From NCBI GenBank assembly GCA_963781585.1, contig CAWAGQ010000002.1, forward strand, positions 180,241 to 244,240: a DNA stretch of 64,000 bases, written 5' to 3'. A model generated the notes under the pieces. It had not been told where the DNA came from. It saw only the letters and a program-made list of their open reading frames with translations, and searched no databases. This DNA is from an uncultured Gemmatimonadaceae bacterium (GTDB taxonomy: Bacteria; Gemmatimonadota; Gemmatimonadetes; Gemmatimonadales; Gemmatimonadaceae). Of this stretch, positions 10,503 to 21,254 are shown one piece after another. Each line of letters begins with the position of its first letter. The stretch's first letter is position 1. The position numbers were made by a program, and so were the translations under genes.

Positions 10503-10546
10503 TTTCGCAACGGTAGTGGGTCTGACCCACTACCCTTTCGCAACGG
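10503..10546. repeat. GGGTC-T-GACCC palindrome flanked by 11-bp direct repeats
   Basis: TTTCGCAACGG at 10503 and 10536 around GGTAGTGGGTC-T-GACCCACTACC. Confidence 0.75.
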
Positions 10547-10607
10547 CCCCCTTGACAGACCGGCGGCTCTGCTGAGAAGCTCGCGCCGTCAGCTCAGCGC
10601 CTCGAAC

Positions 10608-11201
10608 ATGGACTCGTCCCCCGCGCATTTTCCGAATGCGGCCGCATTCCGCGCCTGGCTTCGCACGCATCACCGGACGGCCACGCATCTCGTCGTACGG
10701 ATCGCCCGGAACCACGCCGCACATCAGGGCGTGACGTACGCGCAGGCGCTCGAGGAGGCGCTCTGCTTTGGATGGATCGACGGGGTACGGCGCAGCCTGG
10801 ACCGTGACAGCTTTTCCATTCGCTTCAGTCCGCGGAAACCGCGCAGCATCTGGAGCCGGGTGAACGTGCGACACGCGAAGCGGCTCGTCGCGGCCGGGCG
10901 CATGACCGGAGCCGGACTCAAGGCCTTCGAGGCACGCGACGAAGCACGAACCGGCGTGTACTCCTTCGAACGGCAGCCAGCCACGCTGGCCCCGATGTAT
11001 CAGGCGCTGTTCCGCAAGAAGAAGAAGGCCTGGAAGTACTTCCAGGAGGAGGCCCCATGGTATCGTCGCACCAGCATCCACTGGGTGATGAGCGCCAGGC
11101 GCGAAGAGACGCGCGAGAAGCGCCTCGCGACGCTGATGGCGTGCTCCGCGAAAGGCGAGCGGATCCCACCGCTCCAGCGGACGCCGAAGGGCGGGAGCTG
11201 A
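10608..11201 (+). CDS. YdeI/OmpD-associated family protein
   Basis: FRAWL, EEALCFGWIDG, FSPRKPRSIWSRVN, WVMSARREETREKR. Confidence 0.9.
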   Translation: MDSSPAHFPNAAAFRAWLRTHHRTATHLVVRIARNHAAHQGVTYAQALEEALCFGWIDGVRRSLDRDSFSIRFSPRKPRSIWSRVNVRHAKRLVAAGRMTGAGLKAFEARDEARTGVYSFERQPATLAPMYQALFRKKKKAWKYFQEEAPWYRRTSIHWVMSARREETREKRLATLMACSAKGERIPPLQRTPKGGS

Positions 11202-11247
11202 CGACGCACCAACGGCGTGTCGGTTCAGACGAACGTCGCGGCGGGGT

Positions 11248-12612
11248 TCACGGTACGCGTGTCATCGCGATGTCCCGCCCTCCCTGGTGGAGGACTGCCC
11301 CGGAGACGGCGCCGGCGCCGTTTCGCCTGAAGGTGAGCTGGGCGTCGACGACGGTCCAACGATACGCGGAATCTGACGTCGCGAAGATCCGAAATCGCTG
11401 CTGTCCGGTCATCTGCGCGTAGAGCTTCCCGCCGGCACGAGTGACGCTCAGCCGCACCCCCGGGGCGACTTCATAAGTACCTGCATACTGCTGCAGCACG
11501 GTCGTGTCCTGCGGCAACTCCACTGGAGGAGCCGGTGGGGGCTGAAGGTCATTGCGCTCGTCGATCAGGTGGAGCCCGAGGTCGTCGATCGATGTGGCTG
11601 AGTTGGAGAGGATGACGACGCCCACGTGTCGCGCCGGATCGAACCCGATGAACGAGTGAAAGCCCGCCGTCTCGCCGTTGTGCCAGACAATGTCGGTCTC
11701 GTGCGCGTGGAGAATGTGCCAGGCGAGTCCAATGGTCGTATTGGGCAGCGTTGTCGCGAGGCGCGAGGCGTGGGTGGCGAAGAGCGCCGCGCCGAGTGGT
11801 GTCTTCGCGCTATCGAGGTTGGCCGCGAGGAACGTGAGCATGTCGTTCAACGTCGAACGGATAGCGCCGGCGCCCGCCAGCGCATTGAAATGCCAGTTCG
11901 CGACGGCATCGCCGTCGCGGTTGTGGCCCGTCGCGAGCCGCCTCTGCATGCCGGCCGTGCTGGTGATGCGCGTATCGGCCATGCCCAGCGGTGTCAGAAT
12001 CCGCGCCTCGAGGAGCTGTTCGTAGCTCTTTCCGGCGTGCCGGGCGAGCGCGAGGCCGAGCAGGCCCACACCAACATTCGAGTACTCGTACTGCGCACCC
12101 GGGTCCCGCGATGGTGTGTAACCCGACAGGAACTGGTAGAGCTCCGACGGACCGTAGTCGACATACGGGTCATCGGGATTTGCCGGATGGAGGTTTGCCG
12201 GCAAGCGGGGCAGTCCCGAACTCTGCGTCGCCAGGTCGAGCAGCGTGATCGCGCGCCCGTGGGGGACGAGCTTCACCTCCGGCGGCAGGTATCGCGTGAC
12301 CGGATCGTCAAGTGAGACCTCGCCGCGTCGGACCAGGTCGGCCAGAAGCGATGCAGTGAAGGTCTTGGTGACCGAACCGATTTCGAAGACCGTGTTCGGT
12401 CCGAGGGCCACTGTTCCGTTGTCCGTCGCGCTCCCGAACTGAAACAGGTGGCGGTGCCCCGTGGAATCGATAATGCCGGCCACGATTCCCACATTGCGGC
12501 GAGTCTCCACGCGCTCCCGAATCAGGCGCTGAACGGCAGTATCGGGCGGAATGGACATCATGTGGAGCGCGGCCGCTGCGATGGCGCCCCGGATCAGGTA
12601 CGAAGAATTCAC
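11248..12612 (-). CDS. Serine hydrolase (beta-lactamase/AmpC-like) with C-terminal DUF3471-like domain
   Basis: FEIGSVTKTFT (SxxK), YEYSN, WHNGETAGF. Confidence 0.9.
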   Translation of the reverse strand: MNSSYLIRGAIAAAALHMMSIPPDTAVQRLIRERVETRRNVGIVAGIIDSTGHRHLFQFGSATDNGTVALGPNTVFEIGSVTKTFTASLLADLVRRGEVSLDDPVTRYLPPEVKLVPHGRAITLLDLATQSSGLPRLPANLHPANPDDPYVDYGPSELYQFLSGYTPSRDPGAQYEYSNVGVGLLGLALARHAGKSYEQLLEARILTPLGMADTRITSTAGMQRRLATGHNRDGDAVANWHFNALAGAGAIRSTLNDMLTFLAANLDSAKTPLGAALFATHASRLATTLPNTTIGLAWHILHAHETDIVWHNGETAGFHSFIGFDPARHVGVVILSNSATSIDDLGLHLIDERNDLQPPPAPPVELPQDTTVLQQYAGTYEVAPGVRLSVTRAGGKLYAQMTGQQRFRIFATSDSAYRWTVVDAQLTFRRNGAGAVSGAVLHQGGRDIAMTRVP

Positions 12613-12648
12613 ACGTCCTCCAGCGTTGGGGAAACCGTCCGGGAGCGC

Positions 12649-13248
12649 TCACGCGCCGGGCTCGCCTGACGAGGATACCTCTGCGAGCAGCCGCGAGAGC
12701 TCCTCCAGCCGTGGCTGCAGATGGCGCCGGGCGGCATTGACGTTCAGCCGGTAGAGGACCAGCGACAGGAGCGCGACGGAGGCCGCGCAGCCAAAGGTCA
12801 GCCATGATGCGCCGGCGCGGCCGGCGATGACCATGATCACGCCGAGCGAGATCGGCGCCAGATACCACACGAAGACACTCTCGAGGAGCCGGATCTGCGC
12901 TGCCACGCTCGACCGCTCATGCTCCAGCGCCACCGCCACCGGCAACTCCATGCGTGCCGCGCTCGGCACCCGGCGCGCACGGTACAACCTGACCACCACG
13001 AGCGCGTACGCCACGATCAACACCACCACTCCGAGGCGGGTGAGGAGAGTGCCGTGTACCGCCGCGGGGACAATGAGGACGAGAGCGACGACCGCCGCGA
13101 TGACCTCTCGGAGGTCGCGGAACCGGATCTGCTTGTCGAAGCGTCGTGCTTCCGACTTCACGTAGAGGAGAATCTCCTCCGGCGACAGCCGAACGACATC
13201 GGCGTCTCGCTCTGACCACCAGTAACCCTTCGCGTCGTCCAAACTCAT
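12649..13248 (-). CDS. Membrane protein, probable anti-sigma partner
   Basis: Four hydrophobic segments; overlaps the ECF sigma stop (ATGA). Confidence 0.6.
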   Translation of the reverse strand: MSLDDAKGYWWSERDADVVRLSPEEILLYVKSEARRFDKQIRFRDLREVIAAVVALVLIVPAAVHGTLLTRLGVVVLIVAYALVVVRLYRARRVPSAARMELPVAVALEHERSSVAAQIRLLESVFVWYLAPISLGVIMVIAGRAGASWLTFGCAASVALLSLVLYRLNVNAARRHLQPRLEELSRLLAEVSSSGEPGA

Positions 13249-13754
13249 GACCGCTCCTCGGCCAGCAGCGTGGCCAGTTCTTTCCTGATGCGATGCAGTT
13301 TGACGCCCACGTTGCTCTCGCTGATTCCCAGTACCTCGGCCATCTCGCGGTAGCTCTGTTCGTCGAGGAACATGGTCACGAGGATCTTCTCGATGTCGTT
13401 CAGCCGGCTGATCGCCGCGTACAGGCGCTCGAGTTGCTGCGCCGCCTCCAGGCGCTCGTCGGCTCCCGGCGTCTCGGACCTCGGTTCCGCACGCACATCG
13501 AGCCGCGACTCGCGGCGCGCACGATGCCGGCGCCTGTGGGTGAGCGCGGTATTCAGCGCCACCCGATACAGCCAGGTGCCCGGGAGCGACTGCTTCGCGA
13601 ACGACGGGAGGGAGCGCCAGACCTGCACCAGCACGTCCTGATAGAGGTCCCTGCGGGCCTCGGCGTCGCGCTCATAGACGCGACAGATCTTCCACAGGCG
13701 CGCTTCGTTCTTGCGCACGAGTTCGAGGAAGGTCTGTTCCAGGTCGTTAGCCAC
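13245..13754 (-). CDS. ECF RNA polymerase sigma factor
   Basis: DLYQDVLVQVWRSLPSF, TWLYRVALNTA, SYREMAEVLGISESNVGVKLHR. Confidence 0.92.
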   Translation of the reverse strand: MANDLEQTFLELVRKNEARLWKICRVYERDAEARRDLYQDVLVQVWRSLPSFAKQSLPGTWLYRVALNTALTHRRRHRARRESRLDVRAEPRSETPGADERLEAAQQLERLYAAISRLNDIEKILVTMFLDEQSYREMAEVLGISESNVGVKLHRIRKELATLLAEERS

Positions 13755-14030
13755 GCGTCCGCCACGTGAAGGACACCAGTATATGTCGCAGGAGCGGGCC
13801 CACTCTTACGCGTGGTGGACGTCGAGTGAGGGAGCCCCGGACAAGATGTAGGGAGAAACCACGAGATCATCTCCCTTCCGGGTCTCACGCCTCAGGGCTT
13901 CTCGCGCCCGGGCGGAGCGGGTGCGCCGGGAGCCCGGCACTGGTACGGTACCAGTGACCGGAGCCCCTCCGATTTGGGAAGGCGAATGGCGCGACATACC
14001 TTTAGGGCGGAGCGGCGAGGAGGTGTGTCG

Positions 14031-15380
14031 ATGATGGGCCGTCTCAGGTGGGTGCTCGTTCTCTCGGCAACCGCGGCCTTCACCGGCAACGCGGCGGGGC
14101 AGCCGGACTCGGTGGCCCGAGGGGGAGCCGCGCCCGCGACCCAGCATCAGATGCCCGGGCATGATCGGATCCTGGTGATGCACCTCGCGGACGATATCTC
14201 ACCCGTGACCGCCGAAGCGCTCATCTCCGCGATCGATCGCGCCGAGCGGGAGGGGTATCGCGCCCTCGTAATCGAGATCGATACGCCGGGCGGTCTCGAG
14301 AGCAGCATGCGCACGATGGTCAAGCGGATGCTGGCGTCCACGGTGCCGATCATCACCTGGGTGGCGCCGAGCGGCGCGCGCGCGGCGTCGGCCGGGGTGT
14401 TCGTGACGATGGCCGCGGACGTGGCGGCGATGGCGCCGGGCACGAACATCGGGGCCGCGACACCGGTCAATCTCCAGGGTCCGATGGACTCCACGATGGC
14501 GCGCAAGGTGACGGCGGATGCCGCGGCGTTCGCGCGCACCATTGCCGGACAGCGGGGCCGGAATGCCTCGTGGGCTGAACGCGCTGTGCGCGAGGCCATC
14601 GCCGCGAGCGAGGCCGAGGCGGTGGATCTGCACGTCGTGGACTTCGTCGCCGCCACACTGCCCGAGTTGCTGGACAAGGCCGACGGGCGCACGTGGCGGC
14701 GCGCGGGCGAGGAGCACGTCCTCTCGGTCAAGGGCTTGCCTGTTGATCGCATTCAGCTGGGATTTCGCGACCGCCTGCTCGCGATTCTCACCGACCCGAG
14801 CGTCGCCTACATCCTGCTCTTGTTAGGCTTCTACGGTCTGCTGTTCGAGCTGCAGAATCCCGGGGCGATTCTCCCGGGTGTGGTGGGCGTGGTGTGTCTG
14901 GTGCTCGCGCTGTTCGCGCTCTCGACCCTTCCGGTGAACTACGCCGGGGTGGCGCTGATCGTGCTCGCGGTCGGGTTCTTCATCGCCGAGATCAAGATCG
15001 TGAGCCACGGCGTGCTGGCCGTGGCAGGGGTGATCTCGATGTTGCTGGGATCCCTGATGCTGTTTCCGGGTGACGAGATGCGTCTGGCGGGGACGCTGAT
15101 CGGCGGGGCGACGCTGGTTACCGCGGCGTTCTTCCTCTTTGTGGTCGGCGCCGGGCTCAACGCGCAGCGACGCCGGGTGCAGACGGGAGCCCCCGCCCTC
15201 ATCGGGGCGCGGGCGTCGGTCATATCCCGCCTCGCGCCGGAGGGGATGGTGCGTGTGGAAGGAGAACTGTGGAGGGCGGTGTCGGACACCGCGGTGGAAC
15301 CGGGGAGCGAAGTGGAAATCACCGGCGTGGACCAGCTCACGCTGCACGTCCGCGCGTCAGGCAAGGAGACCGCAACATGA
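14031..15380 (+). CDS. nfeD: NfeD-family membrane-bound serine protease
   Basis: [31 protein letters not shown] bundle, C-terminal OB fold VEGELWRA. Confidence 0.92.
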   Translation: MMGRLRWVLVLSATAAFTGNAAGQPDSVARGGAAPATQHQMPGHDRILVMHLADDISPVTAEALISAIDRAEREGYRALVIEIDTPGGLESSMRTMVKRMLASTVPIITWVAPSGARAASAGVFVTMAADVAAMAPGTNIGAATPVNLQGPMDSTMARKVTADAAAFARTIAGQRGRNASWAERAVREAIAASEAEAVDLHVVDFVAATLPELLDKADGRTWRRAGEEHVLSVKGLPVDRIQLGFRDRLLAILTDPSVAYILLLLGFYGLLFELQNPGAILPGVVGVVCLVLALFALSTLPVNYAGVALIVLAVGFFIAEIKIVSHGVLAVAGVISMLLGSLMLFPGDEMRLAGTLIGGATLVTAAFFLFVVGAGLNAQRRRVQTGAPALIGARASVISRLAPEGMVRVEGELWRAVSDTAVEPGSEVEITGVDQLTLHVRASGKETAT

Positions 15381-16147
15381 TTGGACCATCCCAGACGCTG
15401 CTCCTGTTCGTGATCGTGCTGGGGATCGTGATCCTGTCCAATGCCATTCGGGTCGTGCGGGAGTACGAGCGGCTGGTGGTGTTCCGGCTGGGTCGTCTCA
15501 TCGGCGACAAGGGCCCCGGACTGGTGATCCTGATTCCGATCGTGGACCGGGCGGTGAAGGTTGGGCTTCGGACGGTGGCGATGGACGTGCCCCCGCAGGA
15601 CATCATCACCCGCGACAACGTGACGGTGAAGGTGAACGCGGTCATCTTTTTCCGCGTGATGAGTGCGAAAGCGGCGGTGGTGCAGGTCGAGGACTTTCTG
15701 TTTGCCACGTCGCAGATCGCGCAGACGACGCTGCGCTCGATTCTGGGCCAGCAGGAACTCGACCAACTGCTCGCCGAGCGTGAGAAGCTGAACCAGGCGC
15801 TCCAGCAGGTGATCGACCGGCACACCGAACCGTGGGGGGTGAAGGTGAGCACGGTCGAGGTGAAGAACGTGGATCTGCCCCAGGAGATGCAGCGGGCGAT
15901 CGCGCGGCAGGCCGAGGCGGAGCGTGAACGACGCGCCAAGGTGATCAACGCGGAGGGCGAATTCCAGGCGGCGGCGCAGCTGGCGGAAGCGGCCAAGGTG
16001 ATCGCGGCCCAGCCTGTCGCGCTCCAGCTCCGTTACCTGCAGACACTGGCGGAGATTGCGACCGAGAACAATTCGACCACTATCTTCCCGGTACCGGTGG
16101 ACTTTCTCTCGGCGTTCATGGGCTCGGCATTGTCGCGAGGGGGATGA
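15377..16147 (+). CDS. SPFH/stomatin-like (slipin) protein
   Basis: [45 protein letters not shown]; coupled to nfeD. Confidence 0.92.
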   Translation: MIGPSQTLLLFVIVLGIVILSNAIRVVREYERLVVFRLGRLIGDKGPGLVILIPIVDRAVKVGLRTVAMDVPPQDIITRDNVTVKVNAVIFFRVMSAKAAVVQVEDFLFATSQIAQTTLRSILGQQELDQLLAEREKLNQALQQVIDRHTEPWGVKVSTVEVKNVDLPQEMQRAIARQAEAERERRAKVINAEGEFQAAAQLAEAAKVIAAQPVALQLRYLQTLAEIATENNSTTIFPVPVDFLSAFMGSALSRGG

Positions 16148-16576
16148 TTGGGGGGTCAGCGAAGAGGTGGCGGCTCCGTCAGCGCCACGCGGCGAGTTGC
16201 TGATCGCGCCGTTTGTGGGGTCGCTTTGCTCGCGGGCGCGTGCATCCACCACGCGAAGCCGGCGGCAGACGATCCCCGAGCGGCAACGCGCCAATGCGTC
16301 GAGGCGCAGGTCCAGCTTGCCGGCTACCGCGTTCTGAGTCGCGGCGAGGGAGGCATCTACGCCGTGAGCGAACCGCCCAGCGGCTCGTTGAATCAGCCGC
16401 AGCAGGGCGTATTCGATCGCCTCAGCGTCCACTTTCTGGCGCGCGGCTTCACCACCGAAGGCTCGAGCTGGGCGAGCGATCCGTACGCCGCGCGGGGCGC
16501 GGTGCGCCAGGTGGAGGAGTCGATGCGGCTGTGCGCGCTCGAAGCCACGCTCGAGCGCACCTGCGCGCCGTCGTGA
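16148..16576 (+). CDS. Hypothetical lipoprotein
   Basis: LLAGAC lipobox-like segment; start uncertain. Confidence 0.45.
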   Translation: MGGQRRGGGSVSATRRVADRAVCGVALLAGACIHHAKPAADDPRAATRQCVEAQVQLAGYRVLSRGEGGIYAVSEPPSGSLNQPQQGVFDRLSVHFLARGFTTEGSSWASDPYAARGAVRQVEESMRLCALEATLERTCAPS

Positions 16577-16579
16577 CCA

Positions 16580-18328
16580 TCAGGGCGGCGATCCTGCCAC
16601 CTCGAGGACGCGAAGCGCGATCTCGCGCGGCGACATCCGGAGTGTCGTCAGGATCCGGATGTGATCGCCTTCGGCCGGCAATCCAACGGACAGGGGCGTG
16701 CCCGCGGGCACGTTGCAGAAGGTCGCCACGCCCGCCGAGTCCGTGATTGCCTGATCAGCGTGCTCGCGGGCCCCGAGGGCGGACCTGCGCCCGCGTGAAA
16801 CCTGCGCCGTCCCGCTCCATGTGAGGCGCAGAGTCACGCCGGGCAATGGAGTGCGGGAATCGTCGCGGATCAAGGTGAGCCGCAACGTCGCCTCGCTCGT
16901 ACCGGGCATGCGTCCGTCGCACATGGCGAACGCGATGCCCGCAGCACCCGGGGCACGGAAGTCCAGTTCGCGGCGCGCTCCCTCCTCCAGCACGATGTCG
17001 GTCCGGCCGATGCGCACTCCGTAGCGCGCGTAGTCGGCGTGGTCGGCGGCCAGGGCATAGACACCGGGCGGAAGACTGTCGAACCGGAACCTGCCTGACG
17101 AGTCGATCATGGTACGCCACGACGTGCCCAGCAGCGTCACGCGCGCACCCGCGAGTGGCCGGCCGGTGCTATCCCGCACGATGCCGGTGAGTTCGGCCGG
17201 CTCCTCCGACCGCGCGAGCTCCGGAGAGAAGACGAAGCCGCCCTCCTCCTCGAGCCCGACCTGAATCGGACGCACGCCGCCATTCGGCGCCGGCGCGATG
17301 AACAGCGAGCGAGGGATGCGCAGATACCAGCGCCGCACGATCCACGGCCCGCCCGCCAGCCGCGTGAAGTACACCCTGCCGCCGGTTCGCTCGCCCGACG
17401 CGTTATCCGGGAGGCGCAGCCACGAGAACTCGACCCACCGTAGTTCCGAGGTCCGCGCGTCCAGCCAGACCGTGCCGCGAATCTCCGGTACCGTGCGACC
17501 GCGGACCGGCTCGAACGACAGGCCGACCAGACCGCGCCGATCGCCGGTGCCGTCGGAGACGGTGAAGCAGTGGTCCCGCACGAATGCGTCGGAGAGCAGT
17601 GCGTTCGCGTCGAGCCCGTAGAAGATCGTCGTCATCTCGTTCACCGGCTGCCAGTAGCCGATCGTGGACAGGGAATCTCCGCGCAGACTGGTGAAGACGG
17701 GCGGCATGCTGTCGCCGGCGGCGCCGTAGGCGCGGTGTGTTTCGTCGAGCACGGCGAGGTTGGTCGGATCGAGGGCCCGGCTGTAGCGCACCAGCTCGTA
17801 GCGGGCCAACCTGTCCCGGGCGGTGATCTGCGCCGCGGTGAGGGCAGCGCGCGCGTCGTCCCAGAGCTCTGCCAGCCGCGACGCGTCGGCGAGACGGGTT
17901 CCGCACAGCGATTTGCCGGTGACCGCGACACCAGGGAGCGAGGTCGCAACGCGATCGAGCGCGACGTCCATGTGGCGCGTTTCCCCCGGCGCCAGTGGGA
18001 ACGCATCGGACGTATAGCGTCGGGAGCCGATGCGCTTGATCAACAGCCGGAAGCGTCCCGCTCCGGGCGCGCTCACCGTGAAATCTCCCGTCTCACTGGT
18101 GAGCACGTTTCGCAGGCCCGCCGTGTCGGCCGCGGAGGCCGGGCTCTCGCGCTCGAGCGTCACGAGCGCGCCAGCCACGGCGGCGCCGGTCGCCCGGTCT
18201 GTGACGGCGCCGCGCACCACCTGCCCACGAAGGCTCGAGGGGCCGACCGCCAGCAACAGCAGAACGAGCAGTGGAGCGCCTCGTGCGCCTGCACCCCGAA
18301 TTCGCCGATCCCACCGGCAGCTGGACAC
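16580..18328 (-). CDS. Secreted protein with carboxypeptidase regulatory-like domains
   Basis: Signal LLVLLLLAVGPSSLRG; repeated GxVxD..TG..LAGAxVTL modules; GTG start with GGAG upstream. Confidence 0.8.
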   Translation of the reverse strand: MSSCRWDRRIRGAGARGAPLLVLLLLAVGPSSLRGQVVRGAVTDRATGAAVAGALVTLERESPASAADTAGLRNVLTSETGDFTVSAPGAGRFRLLIKRIGSRRYTSDAFPLAPGETRHMDVALDRVATSLPGVAVTGKSLCGTRLADASRLAELWDDARAALTAAQITARDRLARYELVRYSRALDPTNLAVLDETHRAYGAAGDSMPPVFTSLRGDSLSTIGYWQPVNEMTTIFYGLDANALLSDAFVRDHCFTVSDGTGDRRGLVGLSFEPVRGRTVPEIRGTVWLDARTSELRWVEFSWLRLPDNASGERTGGRVYFTRLAGGPWIVRRWYLRIPRSLFIAPAPNGGVRPIQVGLEEEGGFVFSPELARSEEPAELTGIVRDSTGRPLAGARVTLLGTSWRTMIDSSGRFRFDSLPPGVYALAADHADYARYGVRIGRTDIVLEEGARRELDFRAPGAAGIAFAMCDGRMPGTSEATLRLTLIRDDSRTPLPGVTLRLTWSGTAQVSRGRRSALGAREHADQAITDSAGVATFCNVPAGTPLSVGLPAEGDHIRILTTLRMSPREIALRVLEVAGSPP

Positions 18329-18499
18329 CTGGCTGATCTCCCTGTCGCACTTCGGCGATGACGACCGGCGGCCGCGCACGGCCCGCCGCCGGAAAATGCG
18401 GTGACTCGCGAGGGTTGGCCAGCGACCGGGTGCGCCGGAGTTTCGCTGCCGGATGGATCGCCACTTCCTCCGGAAAGGCTCGCGGTCTATCATGGGGAT

Positions 18500-18597
18500 A
18501 CTCGTCCGGGGTGCCCGAGCGCGGAACACCGTCCGCGTGAAGGCTGAGAGAGTCCCGTCGAACCTGATCCGGTTAGGACCGGCGTAGGAAGTCGCGA
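18500..18597 (+). ncRNA. TPP riboswitch
   Basis: GGGGTGCC...GGCTGAGA-GAGTCCC-GTCGAACCTGATCCGGTTAGGACCGGCGTAGGAAG matches the THI-box consensus. Confidence 0.9.
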
Positions 18598-18783
18598 GTG
18601 ACTCGGCGTTTCTGACGCCGGGTCCGCCTGGGAATCGATGCCGCTTCGCGACGCGCGAGCGGCCACGTGGTGCCGAGTGCATCGCGCCACCGTCCCGGCA
18701 GCGGGTCCATCGCCAGTGCCCACCAGTACAGGCGGCGCGTCGATCGGCTCCGGCGAGCCACGATCTTCTGCCTGACGATTCCC

Positions 18784-21153
18784 ATGCTGTCCCCGCATTC
18801 CCGCGCGATGCTGGTCGCGCTCGTGGTTCCATCCGTTGGCGGCATCCTCGCCGCCGGTCGGTCACTCGAGGCGCAGAGCGCCGACGCCGTTCGTGGTCGC
18901 GGGCGTGGTGGTCGACGCGTCCACCGGGGCGCCCCTCGACAGCGCCCATGTGTACGTGTCCGATACCGTTCCGGCGTCGACATTCACCATCGGAACGAAC
19001 AGGCCCGGCGACGTCCAGCGAGCCGGAGCGGCCCCACTGGCATCCACCTTCACTGGTACCGACGGCCGGTTTCACTTGACCCTTCCGCGGCGAGGGACGC
19101 TGGTGGTGGAACGGTCCGACTACGTGACCATGACCCGCGACGTCGCGAGGGGAGACACCGCCCTGGTCGTCGCACTTGCGACCCGGGTGCTGGCCCGGGC
19201 GCGTACGCTCGAGGGGCTCACCATCACCGCGGTCCGCGCGGGCAGTGAAGCACCGATCGCGCAGACGACGCTCGACCGCGCGCGACTCCAGCGCGACTAC
19301 ACCGGACAGGACGTACCGCTCACCCTGCGTCAGGCGCCGTCGGTCACCGCGTATTCGGAGAGCGGATCGCTGCTCAACTACTCGTACTTCCGCCTGCGCG
19401 GCGTCGACCAGTCGCGCATCAACATCACGCTGGACGGGGTGCCGCTCAACGAACCCGAAGATCAGCAGATCTACTTCTCGGACTTTCCCGACTTCACGAG
19501 CTCGGTGCAGAGCATGCAGGTGCAGCGCGGCGTGGGCACCAGTAGCTACGGCCAGGCGGCGTTCGGCGGGTCGGTGAACTTTGCCTCGCCATCGCTGGCG
19601 GGCTCGCACCGCCTGACGACGCTGGAACTCGGCGGCGGCTCGTTCGGCATGGCCCGCGGCATGCTGGAGGCGCAGAGCGGGCAGCTCGCCAATCGCTTCG
19701 CCTTCTCCGGTCGTGTCTCCGGCGTGCGTTCGGACGGGTATCGCGAGGGCGCGACCACGGCGGCCAACAGCGCATTCATGAGCGCCGGCTACTTCGGCAA
19801 CCGCAACCTGGTGAAGCTCACCGCCGAGACCGGACTCGAGCAGAACGGCCAGGCATACGAGCCATTGCCCGACAGCACGCTGCGTCGCGATCCGCGCGCC
19901 AATCCGCTGGCCGGCGTCGGCGATCACTACCGCGAGAGCTTCGCGACGCTGAACTACACGCGCTTCCTCTCGCCTGCCGCGTCGGCGGGACTGACCGCGT
20001 ACGGGTTCCTCACCAGCGGCTACTACGACTATCCCTCGGGCGCGCCCGGGCCGGCACTGCGCTACCGCTCGGCGTCGCGCTGGGTCGGGGTGATTGCGGC
20101 GGCACACGCAGTGGCCGGACGCCTGATGGTGGACGGCGGCGCGCACGCGGAAACGTACTCCAAGGATCATCAGTTCGACGACCGCCCGGACCTGGTGTAT
20201 CCGGGGTACTCGAACACCGGCTACAAGACCGAAGCGTCCGCGTTCGGCAAGGTGAGACTCGCGTTAGGTGCGGCGACCCTGTTCGGCGATCTGCAGCTTC
20301 GCACCGCCGAATTCCGGTATCGCCCTTCGGCGGGGTACGGGCTGGACGACGCCAGCCAGCGGTGGAGTTTCGCGAACCCACGGGCCGGCATCACGGTGCG
20401 CGCGGCGCCGCGGCTGACGCTGTTCGCGTCGTACGGCACCACCGGCCGCGAGCCAACGCGCAACGATCTGTTCGCCGGTGCGGACGACGTCACGCCTGAC
20501 GATGCCCCGACGCTGCTTCCGCTCACCCGCGTGCGCCCGGAACACGTCAACGACCTGGAGGCGGGGGCACGCTCGTCGTCGGGCCGGCCGGATTCACGCT
20601 GAACATCTATGATATGCGGTTCCGCGACGAAATCGCGCGCACCGGCGCCACGACGCCGCTCGGCTATGACATCCGCGCGAACGTGGGGCGGAGCTACCGG
20701 CGCGGGGTGGAGCTCGACGGCTCGTGGACCGTGACGTCGTCGCTGGACCTGGGCATGTCGGCGGCCGTGAGCCGCAACCGGATCGTCGCGTATCACGACG
20801 AGGCGAGCGGGATGACCTTTCGGGACGTCGACCCCATCCTCACCCCCACGGTCGTCGCCAGCCACCGCCTGACCTGGCATGCCGCGCCCCGGGTGTCGTT
20901 CACCGCGGACGGCCGCTATCAGGGACGCACGTTTCTCGCGCCCACGGGTGACGACCGCCTGACGACTCCAGGGTTCTATGTCCTCGACGGGGGAGTGACG
21001 ATTGCAGTGGGCGGGCGCACGCTGCTGGTGCAGGGGCGCAACCTGCTGGACCGGCGCGCCTATCCGTCCGGCGACGTGAGCAGTGACGGCGAGGCGCGGT
21101 ACTTCATTCTGGCGCCCCGCAGTGTGGATGTGACCCTCCGGATTCGGCTCTAG
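18784..21153 (+). CDS. TonB-dependent receptor, probably for thiamine (frameshifts near 18890 and 20575)
   Basis: Plug motifs FRLRGVDQSRINITLDGVPLNEPED, QVQRGVGTSSYG; barrel continues in 20614..21153; follows the TPP riboswitch. Confidence 0.85.
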
Positions 21154-21165
21154 CTTACGCCTGGT

Positions 21166-21246
21166 ATGAACCGAACGGAGTGGTGGGCGGTGCCCGTGCG
21201 GCGCGCGACGCGGGTCGATCCGCTGGTGGCCCTGCGGCAGGACTAG
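21166..21246 (+). pseudogene. C-terminal relic of an ADOP/MacB-FtsX-type ABC permease
   Basis: Reads WWAVPVRRATRVDPLVALRQD*, the PxRRATRVDPxxALR end of these permeases. Confidence 0.65.
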
Positions 21247-21254
21247 CCGGACCC

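Noticed and set aside
16580..20170. 1196-aa minus-strand ORF
   Set aside because: The part above about 18330 is the antisense shadow of the TonB receptor and riboswitch; only 16580-18328 looks coding
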